64,000 nucleotides of DNA from an uncultured Phycisphaerales bacterium (GTDB taxonomy: Bacteria > Planctomycetota > Phycisphaerae > Sedimentisphaerales > Anaerobacaceae). The position numbers and the translations under genes are program-made. The stretch covers positions 224,001 to 288,000 of the forward strand of contig CAVYYI010000002.1 of assembly GCA_963772725.1 (NCBI GenBank), read 5' to 3'. The notes under the pieces were generated by a model that ran no database searches, was not told the DNA's origin, and saw nothing but the letters and a program-made list of their open reading frames with translations. Position 1 is the stretch's first letter, and every line of letters starts with the position of its first letter. Below, piece by piece: positions 30,611 through 40,857 of the stretch.

Positions 30611-31261
30611 ATGTATGAAGATGCCCAAGAAATATTTGATTATTTGCCTATCAACAGAAGTAAGCCAGAGGCCGATTATATAGACCATCTTTGGAATGCG
30701 TTTGTTGCCCTTGACCAGACGGATAACGGGTCAAGGCCATTTATAATGATGCCTTTCCATCTGCTGTTTATGCTGGCGATTCAATATAAAAGTATAAGAA
30801 TTGCGAAGCTATTCCCCGACGCGACAAATTTATTTTTCGCAGGTGTGGGCGGGAGAAACAAAGATACATTACTGAATCCACTAAGGTCAGTATTCGATCT
30901 TGCGTTAATAAATGAACGGACTATTCCAGAGGTCTTTAGGCTTATCAAGCTGGATAAAAGCAAGGCCAAGGAAATTAAAGACTTAATTGATAAAAGGAAT
31001 AATAATCTCGCTCATGCTAAAGGCGGTATTGAGCCAGAACCAGACGAGCGAATTGAGCAATATCTCGATGCGTTGCGAACTTTACAGCCTTGCTTGATCC
31101 CATATAATGACCAGCTTGCTGAACAATGGTTGAATGAAAAAAGCGAAGAGGATGATTTAAAAGAGTATGTTGATGCGCGCTTGCTGGATAGTCAGTTATG
31201 CCCGGCAGATTTCAAGTCAGGTATACTTGCAGAACGCTTCCAAGCCGCCTTAAATGCTTGA
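30611..31261 (+). CDS. Hypothetical protein, possible HEPN-like domain
   Basis: Starts 2 bp after the hsdMS stop. Helical-looking sequence with RNNNLAH (Rx5H). Confidence 0.55.
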   Translation: MYEDAQEIFDYLPINRSKPEADYIDHLWNAFVALDQTDNGSRPFIMMPFHLLFMLAIQYKSIRIAKLFPDATNLFFAGVGGRNKDTLLNPLRSVFDLALINERTIPEVFRLIKLDKSKAKEIKDLIDKRNNNLAHAKGGIEPEPDERIEQYLDALRTLQPCLIPYNDQLAEQWLNEKSEEDDLKEYVDARLLDSQLCPADFKSGILAERFQAALNA

Positions 31262-31371
31262 TTAATGATTTTAGAACCCCCTCGCTTCACGCTTCACTTT
31301 CTTATTCCGGCTTCTGGACTTCAGGCTTCTTTTTTCTCTACCAACTATCAACTACGAACTATGAACTATTT

Positions 31372-32010
31372 TTACCTCATTATCCAGCTTTTGCTCTTAA
31401 AAACGAGCTTTGCGTCTGAGCGAAAGGTCGGGTCGCCGCCGAGAGAATAATTTAGTTCGAGGGTCTTTCTGAGATAAATCTTTTCCGGATTTCCTGCCTG
31501 GTCTTTGGCGAGCGGGCTATCTATAACGGCGGTTTCATTGCTCAAGCCGGAAAGGAACAATTTTATTCCCTTTGCGGCGGGGTCAAAATCATGCCAGACA
31601 ATCGCGATATCCTGGGCGTTGTCGTCGCCCTGGAGAATTTTATTTCCTTTTTTTTCGAGGGATTCAAGAAGCGGATATTGGCCGCGATGACGTTTTTTTA
31701 TCTGCTCAAAAACGGCGTCCGGTACGAATTTACCCGCGGGGATAATTTGGTAAGTATCGGTCATGAGTTCGCATTTCGGATAAAAATCGGCATCACGGCC
31801 GGTCTTGTTGGTCAGGGTTACAATCAGGTACCAGAACCGCATTGGGTGTTTGTCGCCGGGCAGTTTTATTTCTATCTGCTCAGGATTCTCGTATTTTATG
31901 TTCAGCGTCCACTGGTCGCCGGTCTGTAACATCGCGGGCTCGGGCGCAGCCACGCATAATGCGCCGCCCACCAAAGCAATCAAAATTACCCAATATACCA
32001 AACTTTTCAT
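31372..32010 (-). CDS. Hypothetical secreted protein
   Basis: N-terminal signal-peptide-like segment, long ORF, no family recognised. Confidence 0.7.
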   Translation of the reverse strand: MKSLVYWVILIALVGGALCVAAPEPAMLQTGDQWTLNIKYENPEQIEIKLPGDKHPMRFWYLIVTLTNKTGRDADFYPKCELMTDTYQIIPAGKFVPDAVFEQIKKRHRGQYPLLESLEKKGNKILQGDDNAQDIAIVWHDFDPAAKGIKLFLSGLSNETAVIDSPLAKDQAGNPEKIYLRKTLELNYSLGGDPTFRSDAKLVFKSKSWIMR

Positions 32011-32214
32011 ATAAACCCCTGACAAAGGATAACCCAAATTAACATCTGCCTCGAACATATATTATAACCTAAAACCGCTGAAAAACCAAGCATATTTTAC
32101 ATTTTTGGCAGTAAAACTTATTATATCATCAGCTTTTCGTCATTTTAAGGGTAAATTTTTGCATCGACCCATAATATTTGACATATTCTCTAAATTCAAT
32201 TAATATAAGCGGTT

Positions 32215-33257
32215 ATGCAAAAAGAAGACAGGGCCATAAATATATTGGGCATAGAGACGAGCTGCGATGAGACCGCCGCCGCAGTGGTTACGGATGGTAA
32301 AATCATCCGCTCGTCTATCGTAGCGTCGCAGACCAAACTCCATGAAAAATACGGCGGAGTCGTGCCTGAAATCGCATCGTCGCCCATATTGAAAAAATAT
32401 ACCCCGTAATAGCCGAGGCACTGGCTAAGGCGGAAATGGCCGAAAAGGACATCGACGCGGTCGCAATCGCGAATCAGCCCGGCCTGACGGTCGCCCTGAT
32501 TGTCGGTGTTACAGCGGCAAAAACGCTGGCCGTTGCGTGGGAAAAGCCTTTAATCGCTATCAATCATTTGCACGCTCACATGCAGTCTGCCCTATTGACC
32601 GATGAAACACTTGAGTTGCCCGCGGTGGCTTTGATTGTTTCAGGCGGGCATACGAGTCTTTACGATTGCCATTCGCCGCTGACACCAAAACTTCTCGGCT
32701 CGACGATTGACGATGCCGCCGGCGAGGCGTTTGACAAGGTGGCATCAATCCTGAACCTGCCCTACCCGGGCGGGCCTTCAATAGAAAAAGCCGCCAGAAA
32801 CGGCAATTCAAAGGCGGTGAAATTTCCCGTCTCGATGCTGGGGAAGGATTCGCTGGATTTTTCTTTCAGCGGCATAAAGACCTCTGTCCTGTATTACTGT
32901 CAGGGTCAGGATATGAAGGGACACAGCCGGGTTGAGACAATGACGCCGCAGGAAATCGCTGATATAGCGGCGTCGTTTCAGGCGTCCGTTGTTAATGCCC
33001 TGGTGCGAAAAACGGAAATCGCCGCTGAGCGCATCAACGCCAAAACAGTATTGCTCGGAGGCGGCGTGGCGGCAAATACCGCCTTGCGAGAGGCGATGAA
33101 ACAGATGTGCGATGAGGCCAGACCGCCTTTAAAACTGCTTGTCGCGCCGAAACACTATTGCACTGATAACGCTGTTATGGTAGCCTCATTGGCGTATTAT
33201 AAATTCAAGGCCGGTCTATTCGCGGACATGAGCCTTGAACCAAAAGCTAACGGTTAA
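32215..33257 (+). CDS. tsaD: tRNA threonylcarbamoyladenosine transferase TsaD (one frameshift near 32380, likely error)
   Basis: [47 protein letters not shown]. Confidence 0.93.
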
Positions 33258-33275
33258 AGTATAGGTGACTGAATA

Positions 33276-34040
33276 ATGCAGCCTCAGCAAATTAAAAAAC
33301 TGTTACAGCAGGTTAAAGACGGCAGTATCGATATCGATAAGGCCATCGAAAAACTTCGTCATCTGCCGTTCGAAGACTTGGGGTTCGCCAATGTTGACCA
33401 TCATCGCCAGCTTCGCTGCGGCATGCCGGAAGTTATTTATTGTCCGGGCAAAACCACGGAACAGATAATCGAAATCTTTTCGAGCCTCGCCGCCAGGGGC
33501 AATAATGTCCTGGCCACACGCGCCGAACCGGAAATATTTAAAGCCATTGCCAAAACTAAAAAATTCCCGCACCTTCGCTATGAACAGCAGGCCAAAGCCA
33601 TTATCCTTGAGCAGCAAAAAGTTAAACTGTCCCAAAGTGTAATACCGATTATAACCGCTGGAACTGCTGATTTGCCAGTGGCCGCCGAAGCCAAAGTTAC
33701 AGCGGAAATTATGGGCCAGCGGGCGGAAATCGTCTGCGATGTCGGTGTGGCGGGCCTGCACAGGCTTTTAGGAAAAATTGATAAATTCAATAACGCCAAT
33801 GTCGTTATTGTAGTAGCTGGTATGGAAGGCGCCCTTGCCAGCGTGGTTGGAGGACTGGTCGATTGCCCCGTAATAGCCGTTCCCACAAGTATAGGCTACG
33901 GCGCAAGTTTTGGGGGTGTAGCGGCTCTTTTAACAATGCTAAACAGTTGCGCATCAGGGGTAGCGGTGGTAAATATCGACAACGGTTTTTCCGCCGCAGT
34001 CATCGCCGCCGCCATCAACAGAAAAATAGATAAAAATTAG
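33276..34040 (+). CDS. larB: Nickel pincer cofactor biosynthesis protein LarB
   Basis: DHHRQLRCGMPEVI, TAGTADLPVA, DVGVAGLHR, AGMEGAL, PTSIGYGA, VVNIDNGF. Confidence 0.92.
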   Translation: MQPQQIKKLLQQVKDGSIDIDKAIEKLRHLPFEDLGFANVDHHRQLRCGMPEVIYCPGKTTEQIIEIFSSLAARGNNVLATRAEPEIFKAIAKTKKFPHLRYEQQAKAIILEQQKVKLSQSVIPIITAGTADLPVAAEAKVTAEIMGQRAEIVCDVGVAGLHRLLGKIDKFNNANVVIVVAGMEGALASVVGGLVDCPVIAVPTSIGYGASFGGVAALLTMLNSCASGVAVVNIDNGFSAAVIAAAINRKIDKN

Positions 34041-34125
34041 ACACGGTTTAACACGGAATTTCTTAGACACAGATTAGCACCGATTTACACTGTTTAAAAA
34101 TATTAACCGCTCAGGTCGCAAAGAT

Positions 34126-34854
34126 ATGGGAAAAAATAATAAGTCGGAAATAAAAAACGGCGGGGTGGAGGTGCGGAAGCCGTATCTGAAAAAAGACGGG
34201 ACTCGCGGCAATCTGGAGGTTTGGATTGTCGATGGAGCGTATATACGCGGGCATATAGATGAGGAATTTACGAACTTCGGGCAGCATTACCGTTATAAAT
34301 ATATTCCGAAAAATGAACTGTGGATAGACGCTGAGGCGGAACACGATGAGAGGAGATTTTTTATAGACCATCTTTTGGTTGAGCATCGACTGATGGAAAA
34401 AGGGGAAAGTTACAACAAGGCACTGGCCAAGGCGGACTGCGAGGAGCGCAAGGAGCGGCGGCGGGCGGGCGATGTCAGGCGGGCGACAAATAACGGTAAG
34501 GACCTGCCGGAAGGCAAAGCGGTTCACGAGCGGCTGTGGAAGACGCTGGAGAACGGTGTGCAGGTGTGGATTGTCAACGGCAGGAGCGTGCGGAGCGTTT
34601 TCGATATTGATTTTACCGCCGGCGGCCATGACCACGTTTATGAGTTTGTGCCTAAAAATGAGGTGTGGATTGACGACGACATAGTTGAGCAGGAGCGAGG
34701 GTATGTGCTTTTGCATGAACTGCACGAGCGGAATCAAATGGAAAAGGGGCAGCCTTACAGCAAGGCACACGCGGAGTCGAGTAAAGTGGAATATCACTGT
34801 CGCCATCATCCTGATGAATTGCACGATGCACTTGTAGCGGAAGGCTGGGCGTAG
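34126..34854 (+). CDS. Hypothetical protein with an internally duplicated domain and an HExxE motif
   Basis: Two copies of VWIVxG..R....D..FT..G.H..Y...PKNE.WID. Confidence 0.75.
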   Translation: MGKNNKSEIKNGGVEVRKPYLKKDGTRGNLEVWIVDGAYIRGHIDEEFTNFGQHYRYKYIPKNELWIDAEAEHDERRFFIDHLLVEHRLMEKGESYNKALAKADCEERKERRRAGDVRRATNNGKDLPEGKAVHERLWKTLENGVQVWIVNGRSVRSVFDIDFTAGGHDHVYEFVPKNEVWIDDDIVEQERGYVLLHELHERNQMEKGQPYSKAHAESSKVEYHCRHHPDELHDALVAEGWA

Positions 34855-35281
34855 AGCAGGTATGTCTAACTTTCAACATCGAACATCGAATGAAAAAAAT
34901 AACCGCCGAGGCTGCATTTAATTTTAGATTTTGGATTGCCGATTTTAGATTGAAAGAGCGTCGTTCGTCTCTTGTCGTTCATATTTTGACGCTTCACGAA
35001 ATACGCTTCACTTTTTTTCATCGGTGTAATCAGAAAAATTTCCTGACGTCTTTGCGCCTTGGCGGGAAATACTGTAAAATGACATATTATGGGGCGTTAG
35101 TTGTTAAGATAGGCAAGATATTTGGTTGTTTCGGCTAATAAAAACATTAAAATAAAAATTTTGAGGTTTGATATTGTTTTTTGTATTGACTAATTTTGAT
35201 AGTTGAAGAAAATACTGGTGTGAAAGTAAGGTTTAAATAAGAGCATAAAAATATTAACTTTTAAATCAGCGAGGTCAAAAA

Positions 35282-35467
35282 ATGAAACTTGCAGATATAC
35301 AGAAAAAAGCCAAAGGTTTAGGCATAAACGGCGAAAAGATGCAGAAGACGGATTTAATTCACGCCATACAAAGTGCTGAAGGTTATCCACAGTGTTACGC
35401 CACATCAAAGGGCAAATGCCCGTACGTAAAATGCTGCTTTATGTCGGATTGCCTGAAAATAAAATAG
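35282..35467 (+). CDS. Small SAP/Rho-N-like protein with Cys-rich tail
   Basis: IQKKAKGLGI...KTDLIHAIQSAEG followed by five Cys. GAGG RBS upstream. Confidence 0.7.
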   Translation: MKLADIQKKAKGLGINGEKMQKTDLIHAIQSAEGYPQCYATSKGKCPYVKCCFMSDCLKIK

Positions 35468-35730
35468 TCTGTTTTACCACGGGGTTCACGCAGAACGCGG
35501 AGATATTTTAATTTATACAATCATTCTCTACCGTCTTTAAGTCTTCTGCAATTGAAAGCACACAAGTAGTATAGGTTTTTAATTAATTCAAAGCAGGCTT
35601 CGGAGTTAAACTGCATATTGGCGGGAAAGCAAATCCTTTACATTAAGGCGGGGGTTTATTAGAATTAAACGGCTGTAATATTTGGATGATTCAGCTTTTT
35701 TTTATTTTTGAATAATTTTCGGAAGGCACA

Positions 35731-38442
35731 ATGACGCAAGAGCTTTCAAAGGTTTATGAACCAAAGATGATAGAGCAGGCGGCGAACGAAATCTGGTTTT
35801 CAGGCGGATATTTTCACACGGAGCCGCCGGCACGCGGCGGAAGGCAGGCCAGGAGCTATACGATAGTAATACCGCCGCCAAACATCACAGGGGCTTTGCA
35901 CATGGGTCATGCGCTGAATAATACGCTGCAGGACATATTGATTCGGACAAAGAGGATGCAGGGTTTTAATACGCTGTGGATGCCGGGAACAGACCACGCG
36001 GGTATCGCGACGCAATCTGTGGTGGAGAAAAGGGCGTTCCAGGAGAGCGGGCGGACGCGTCATCAAATCGGCAGAGAAACGCTTGTTGGAATGATATGGA
36101 AATGGCGAAACGAATACGGCAACAGGATACTCGAGCAGCTCAAGGGAATGGGGGTAAGCTGCGACTGGCAGCGCACACGCTTTACGCTGGACGAAATGTG
36201 CGCCAAGGCGGTGCGGCATACATTCGTTAATCTGTTTAAAGAAGGTCTTATTTATCGCGGCAAACGCCTTGTGAACTGGGACCCGGCGCTGCAGACCGCG
36301 GTAGCGGATGACGAGGTTGTGCATAAGACGGTAGCGGGCAATTTTTATTATATCAGATACCCGTTTGCGGACGGGAAAGGGCATATAACGGTAGCGACGA
36401 CTAGGCCTGAGACCATGCTGGGCGATACAGCGGTGGCTGTAAATCCCAAGGAGCCGCGAGCGAAGGAACTCATCGATAAAATGCTTATACTGCCTTTAAC
36501 GGACAGGAAGATTCCGATTATCGCGGACGATTATGTAAAGCTCGGCGAGGGAACAGGGTTTTTGAAAGTTACCCCTGCCCACGACCCGAACGACTATGAA
36601 ATCGGGCTGAGGCACAATCTTGCGATGATAAATATTCTGACACCGGACGCGAAGATTAACGAGAACGGCGGGAAATACAAAGGCCTTGACCGATATGAGG
36701 CCAGAAAGGCTGTTGTGGCGGATTTGGAGGCGATGGGGCTGGTTGAGAAAATCGAGCCGAGAGAGCAGGAGGTTGGCCACAGCGACCGAAGCGGTGTTGT
36801 GATTGAGCCTTATCTTTCCGACCAGTGGTTTGTCAAGGTTGAGCCGCTGGCGAGAAAGGCTATTGAGGCTGTGGAAAGCAATGAAATAAAATTCCATCCT
36901 GAGCGGTACAAGAGGAGTTATCTCGATTGGCTGTACGGAATTCGCGACTGGTGCATAAGCAGGCAGCTCTGGTGGGGACATCGGATACCGGTGTGGTATT
37001 GTCAGGAATGCGGACAAATCAATACCGGAATTGAAGACCCGGTAAAATGCGAGAAGTGCGGTTCTGGAAAGCTGGTACAGGACGCCGACGTTTTGGATAC
37101 GTGGTTTAGTTCTGCCTTGTGGCCACACAGCACGATGGGCTGGCCTGAACAGACGGAGGAATTGAAATTTTATTACCCGACAAATACGCTGGTTACATCA
37201 CGCGATATTATTACACTGTGGGTTTCGCGAATGGTGATGATGGGGCTGCATAATACCGGCAGGATACCATTTACGGACGTTTTTATTCACGGCAAGATTC
37301 TGGACGGTAAAGGCGAAACGATGTCGAAAAGCAAGGGCAACGGCATTGACCCGCTGGATATTATCGAGACTTACGGCGCGGACGCGATGCGATTCAGCCT
37401 GGCGATGATGACCACTGAAAGCCAGGATATGCGGATGCCGGTGGCGAAGGACGACAAAGGCAGAAACATAAGCGAGAAGTTCGATATAGGCAGAAATTTC
37501 TGCAACAAGCTGTGGAACGCGTCGCGATTCGCGATGATGAACCTTGATGGCATTGAGCCGGAGAAATTCGATAAGGACAAACTTGATATAACAGACAGGT
37601 GGATTCTTTCCCGGCTGGCGCAAACTATCGCCGATGTTACCAAGTCCATAGATGAGTTCAAAATCAGCGAGCCGCTGGTACAGATTTATAAATTTTTCTG
37701 GAATGATTTCTGCGACTGGTACGTGGAGTGGGCAAAACCGCGGATAAGAGACGAAAAGCAGAAACCTATCGCTCAGAATGTTCTGGCGTTTGTGCTTGAC
37801 CAGATTTTACGAATGCTTCATCCGTTTGTGCCGTTCATTACGGAGGGCATATTTCAGAAGCTTAACGAGATTACGCCAATAAGAGAGTTAAGAGGTCTGG
37901 TAAAGGCGTCGCCGGCAAAAGCGATTGTGGTTTCGCAGTGGCCTGCTTCGGCGGATTTTCTGAAAAATGAAAGTATTGAAAAGCAAATCAGCCAAATACA
38001 GGCGATAGTCCACAGCATACGCGATATTCGCAGCAAGTACAATAAGATGCCGGCGGAAAAACTGGCAGTTTCAGTCAACGCGGCAAATGAGACGGCGGAG
38101 GCGCTTAACGCCAATTCGCATCTTATCAGTCAATTGGCCGGGCTGAGTGAATTTACGGCGGGAGCGAATATTGAAAAGCCTGAAAACGCGGCAGCGGCGA
38201 TTGTTGAGCAGATACAGCTTTACGTTCATAACGTAATAGACATCAAGGCGGAGCGGTATCGGCTTGAAAAGCAAAAACTCCAGGTGGAAAACGCCAAAAA
38301 AAGCATAGAGGCAAAACTGAATAATGAGAATTTTATCAAGAGAGCCAAGAGTGAAGTTGTGGAGCAGACAAAGGCAAAATTAGCGGAACTTAATGAGCAG
38401 ATAGCTACAATCGAAAAGCATCTTTCAGAACTTAGCGGCTGA
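35731..38442 (+). CDS. valS: Valine--tRNA ligase
   Basis: PPPNITGALHMGH, DWCISRQLWWGH, MSKS, C-terminal coiled coil. Confidence 0.97.
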   Translation: MTQELSKVYEPKMIEQAANEIWFSGGYFHTEPPARGGRQARSYTIVIPPPNITGALHMGHALNNTLQDILIRTKRMQGFNTLWMPGTDHAGIATQSVVEKRAFQESGRTRHQIGRETLVGMIWKWRNEYGNRILEQLKGMGVSCDWQRTRFTLDEMCAKAVRHTFVNLFKEGLIYRGKRLVNWDPALQTAVADDEVVHKTVAGNFYYIRYPFADGKGHITVATTRPETMLGDTAVAVNPKEPRAKELIDKMLILPLTDRKIPIIADDYVKLGEGTGFLKVTPAHDPNDYEIGLRHNLAMINILTPDAKINENGGKYKGLDRYEARKAVVADLEAMGLVEKIEPREQEVGHSDRSGVVIEPYLSDQWFVKVEPLARKAIEAVESNEIKFHPERYKRSYLDWLYGIRDWCISRQLWWGHRIPVWYCQECGQINTGIEDPVKCEKCGSGKLVQDADVLDTWFSSALWPHSTMGWPEQTEELKFYYPTNTLVTSRDIITLWVSRMVMMGLHNTGRIPFTDVFIHGKILDGKGETMSKSKGNGIDPLDIIETYGADAMRFSLAMMTTESQDMRMPVAKDDKGRNISEKFDIGRNFCNKLWNASRFAMMNLDGIEPEKFDKDKLDITDRWILSRLAQTIADVTKSIDEFKISEPLVQIYKFFWNDFCDWYVEWAKPRIRDEKQKPIAQNVLAFVLDQILRMLHPFVPFITEGIFQKLNEITPIRELRGLVKASPAKAIVVSQWPASADFLKNESIEKQISQIQAIVHSIRDIRSKYNKMPAEKLAVSVNAANETAEALNANSHLISQLAGLSEFTAGANIEKPENAAAAIVEQIQLYVHNVIDIKAERYRLEKQKLQVENAKKSIEAKLNNENFIKRAKSEVVEQTKAKLAELNEQIATIEKHLSELSG

Positions 38443-38466
38443 TTTTCAATGAAAGGTTGGTGAAAA

Positions 38467-38862
38467 ATGGATGTGGAAGTTGAATTATCACGAATAGTTA
38501 TAAATGAAACATCCGACCAGCAACTGATAGTGCTGAAAGAGCGTTACGGTGAGCGGAGTTTTCCTATTGTTATAGGGATAGTTGAGGTTTTCGCGATAGA
38601 CCGGCGTTTAAAGGGCATCAAGTCGCCGCGACCGATGACGCACGATTTACTGGACAGCATAATCAGGAGTCTTGGGGCTAAAATAAATAAAATTGTGGTA
38701 AATGACCTTCGCAACCATACTTTTTTCGCGAAGATTTATCTTACGGCGAATGAGCATACTTACGAGATAGATTCACGGCCATCGGACGCGATAGCACTTG
38801 GGGTGGTGTCAGATGCGCCTATTTATGTTGCGGAGCATGTTTTTGGGAAAGCTTCTCAGTAA
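38467..38862 (+). CDS. Bifunctional nuclease family protein (DUF151)
   Basis: PIVIG, PRPMTHDL, DSRPSDAIAL. Confidence 0.92.
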   Translation: MDVEVELSRIVINETSDQQLIVLKERYGERSFPIVIGIVEVFAIDRRLKGIKSPRPMTHDLLDSIIRSLGAKINKIVVNDLRNHTFFAKIYLTANEHTYEIDSRPSDAIALGVVSDAPIYVAEHVFGKASQ

Positions 38863-39400
38863 AAAAACCTGAAATAATCAGCAAAGCCACCCCGATACAG
38901 AGAATGGAATCTGCAACGTTGAAGGCGGGCCAGTGATGGCCTTTGTAATAGACGTCGATGAAATCACGTACAAAGCCATCATTAAAAATTCTATCGTAGA
39001 GGTTTCCACAGACGCCGCCGGCAAAAAGAGCAAGTGCGATATATACGAGTTTATTTTGTATTTTACCAAAGAGAAATACACCGATAATAGCAATCAACGA
39101 GATAACCGAGACGGCAACGAGTAAAAACCGCTGCCCGGAGGCGAGACCGAAAGCTGCGCCATCGTTAATCGCCACAACGAACTGCAAAAAATTATCAATA
39201 ACGGAAAAAGTTTCGGATGGATGGAGCCATTTGAAAACGGCGGCTTTAGTCCATAAATCAAGCGTTACCCCAGCAATTATTGTTAACCAGAAAATAAGGT
39301 GTGCTTTTATACAGGGGAGTTTGACGGCATTGGAAACAGACGAAAAAACATAGCCCTGGTCGGGTTGGGCTTTATCCTGGTAATCGTGTAATTCAGTCAT
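38819..39400 (-). CDS. lspA: Lipoprotein signal peptidase II
   Basis: DLWTK, NDGAAFG, GNLYDR, VRDFI, FNVAD. Confidence 0.93.
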   Translation of the reverse strand: MTELHDYQDKAQPDQGYVFSSVSNAVKLPCIKAHLIFWLTIIAGVTLDLWTKAAVFKWLHPSETFSVIDNFLQFVVAINDGAAFGLASGQRFLLVAVSVISLIAIIGVFLFGKIQNKLVYIALALFAGGVCGNLYDRIFNDGFVRDFIDVYYKGHHWPAFNVADSILCIGVALLIISGFFTEKLSQKHAPQHK

Positions 39401-39431
39401 AAGAAATTTGTGTAAATTAAAAGCAAAGATG

Positions 39432-40424
39432 TTATTTGCCTGATTTTGAATATTTCTGAATCAAAGCAAGGAGTTTACTTTTTTCGGGCTGGTCGGGTTT
39501 AATTTCGAGAGACGAACGCCACTGCTGAATGGCCTTTTCCCTGAGGGTTTCATCAATGGAACCGTCGGGTTTTTTGGCTTTGAGCATATAGGCAACGCCA
39601 AGCCCTCGCATCGCATCATAATCCTTATTATTAACCTCGATGGCTCTACTGTAGTTTTTTATCGACTGGTCAATGTCGTTGAGTTTTAACCAGCAGTAGC
39701 CAAGATACTTAAACGCATCGTTATTGGCGGGGTCAATCTGAACGACGGAATCGAGGAGTTCTTTGGCGGGTTCATTGCTGCCCTGACGGAGGTAAACAAC
39801 GGCCAGCGCCATCATAGTCGCGGTGTTATTGTGTTCAAGCTCAAGGGCGCGTTTGTAATAAGTGATGGCCTGATTATGGTCTTTCTGAGCCTCGTAAATA
39901 TCGCCGAAAAGTTTGGGGAGTTCCGCCGAATCAGGTTCAATCTGTTCGGCCTGCTTCCCATAGGTTACGGCAGTGTTGTAGTCCTTGATTTCGGAATAGC
40001 ATTTGGCGGCATTGATATGCGCGTCAAAATTGGCTGGTTCAAGCTCGCAGGCCCTATTATAAGCATTAGCCGCCTGCTGGAATTTGCCCATAGCCTGATA
40101 TGCTTTGCCGAGCCCGAGAAAGTCTTTGAAAGACCAGGGATTGAACTCCGTTGCCTTCTCATAAGAGACGGCGCTCTGTTCATATTTTTTCATATCCTGA
40201 TAGACTTCGCCCCTCATCGAATATGCCAGTGAAAATTTTTTGTTTATGTCGATAGCGGCGTTAAGGTCTTCGATGGCTTTGTCGTTTTCGTTAAGTTCCC
40301 TGTCCCTGACGGCGTTAACATACAAATCGACCGCCTGCTGCTGTGTGGCACAGCCTGCACCCAAAAGAGTTATACCCATAAGAATTGTAAATATTACTAT
40401 GTGCACCATATTACCGGGTACCAT
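39432..40424 (-). CDS. TPR-repeat lipoprotein
   Basis: Lipobox-like LGAGC followed by multiple TPR repeats. Confidence 0.85.
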   Translation of the reverse strand: MVPGNMVHIVIFTILMGITLLGAGCATQQQAVDLYVNAVRDRELNENDKAIEDLNAAIDINKKFSLAYSMRGEVYQDMKKYEQSAVSYEKATEFNPWSFKDFLGLGKAYQAMGKFQQAANAYNRACELEPANFDAHINAAKCYSEIKDYNTAVTYGKQAEQIEPDSAELPKLFGDIYEAQKDHNQAITYYKRALELEHNNTATMMALAVVYLRQGSNEPAKELLDSVVQIDPANNDAFKYLGYCWLKLNDIDQSIKNYSRAIEVNNKDYDAMRGLGVAYMLKAKKPDGSIDETLREKAIQQWRSSLEIKPDQPEKSKLLALIQKYSKSGK

Positions 40425-40523
40425 GGCTTTCCCTTTCGATTATAAAGTCAATTCTAAAAACCATTTAGATTATAGCAAATAGTCGAAAATTGTCAAAAAG
40501 ATTTATAAATGGAATTCAGACGG

Positions 40524-40684
40524 GGGTGCATCTGCCGTTTGTAGGTAAATCCATTTTTTGTCATTGCGAGCGAAGCGAAGCAATCTCATAGCCCAATCAG
40601 CATAATAGATTTCCACGGCCTGCTTCGCAGGCCTCGCAATGACAATGGGGTGTCTATTTCTACCTACAAACGGCAGATGCACCC
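40524..40684. mobile_element. MITE, 161 bp, with an internal REP-like palindrome
   Basis: Perfect 24-bp IR GGGTGCATCTGCCGTTTGTAGGTA. 9-bp direct repeat TTCAGACGG at 40515-40523 and 40685-40693. Confidence 0.9.
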
Positions 40685-40857
40685 TTCAGACGGCCAAGGA
40701 GCGTCGCAGAGGCTATTAAAGCAGGGATGTTTTTTCTGAAGATGAAAGAGGACTTGTTTTTCCTTGACATTTTGCAAGTGAGCCTGTATTTGTCAAATCT
40801 TTGTTGTTAAATTTTATTTTGATAATGGCCGATAATAACAGCGGCTGAAAATTAATT

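Noticed and set aside
34037..34094. Short repeats as a CRISPR array
   Set aside because: Units are about 9 nt and degenerate, lack spacers, and no cas genes are present.
38819..38862. 44-bp convergent overlap of the DUF151 and lspA 3' ends
   Set aside because: Short tail-to-tail overlaps are common and there is no sign of special function.
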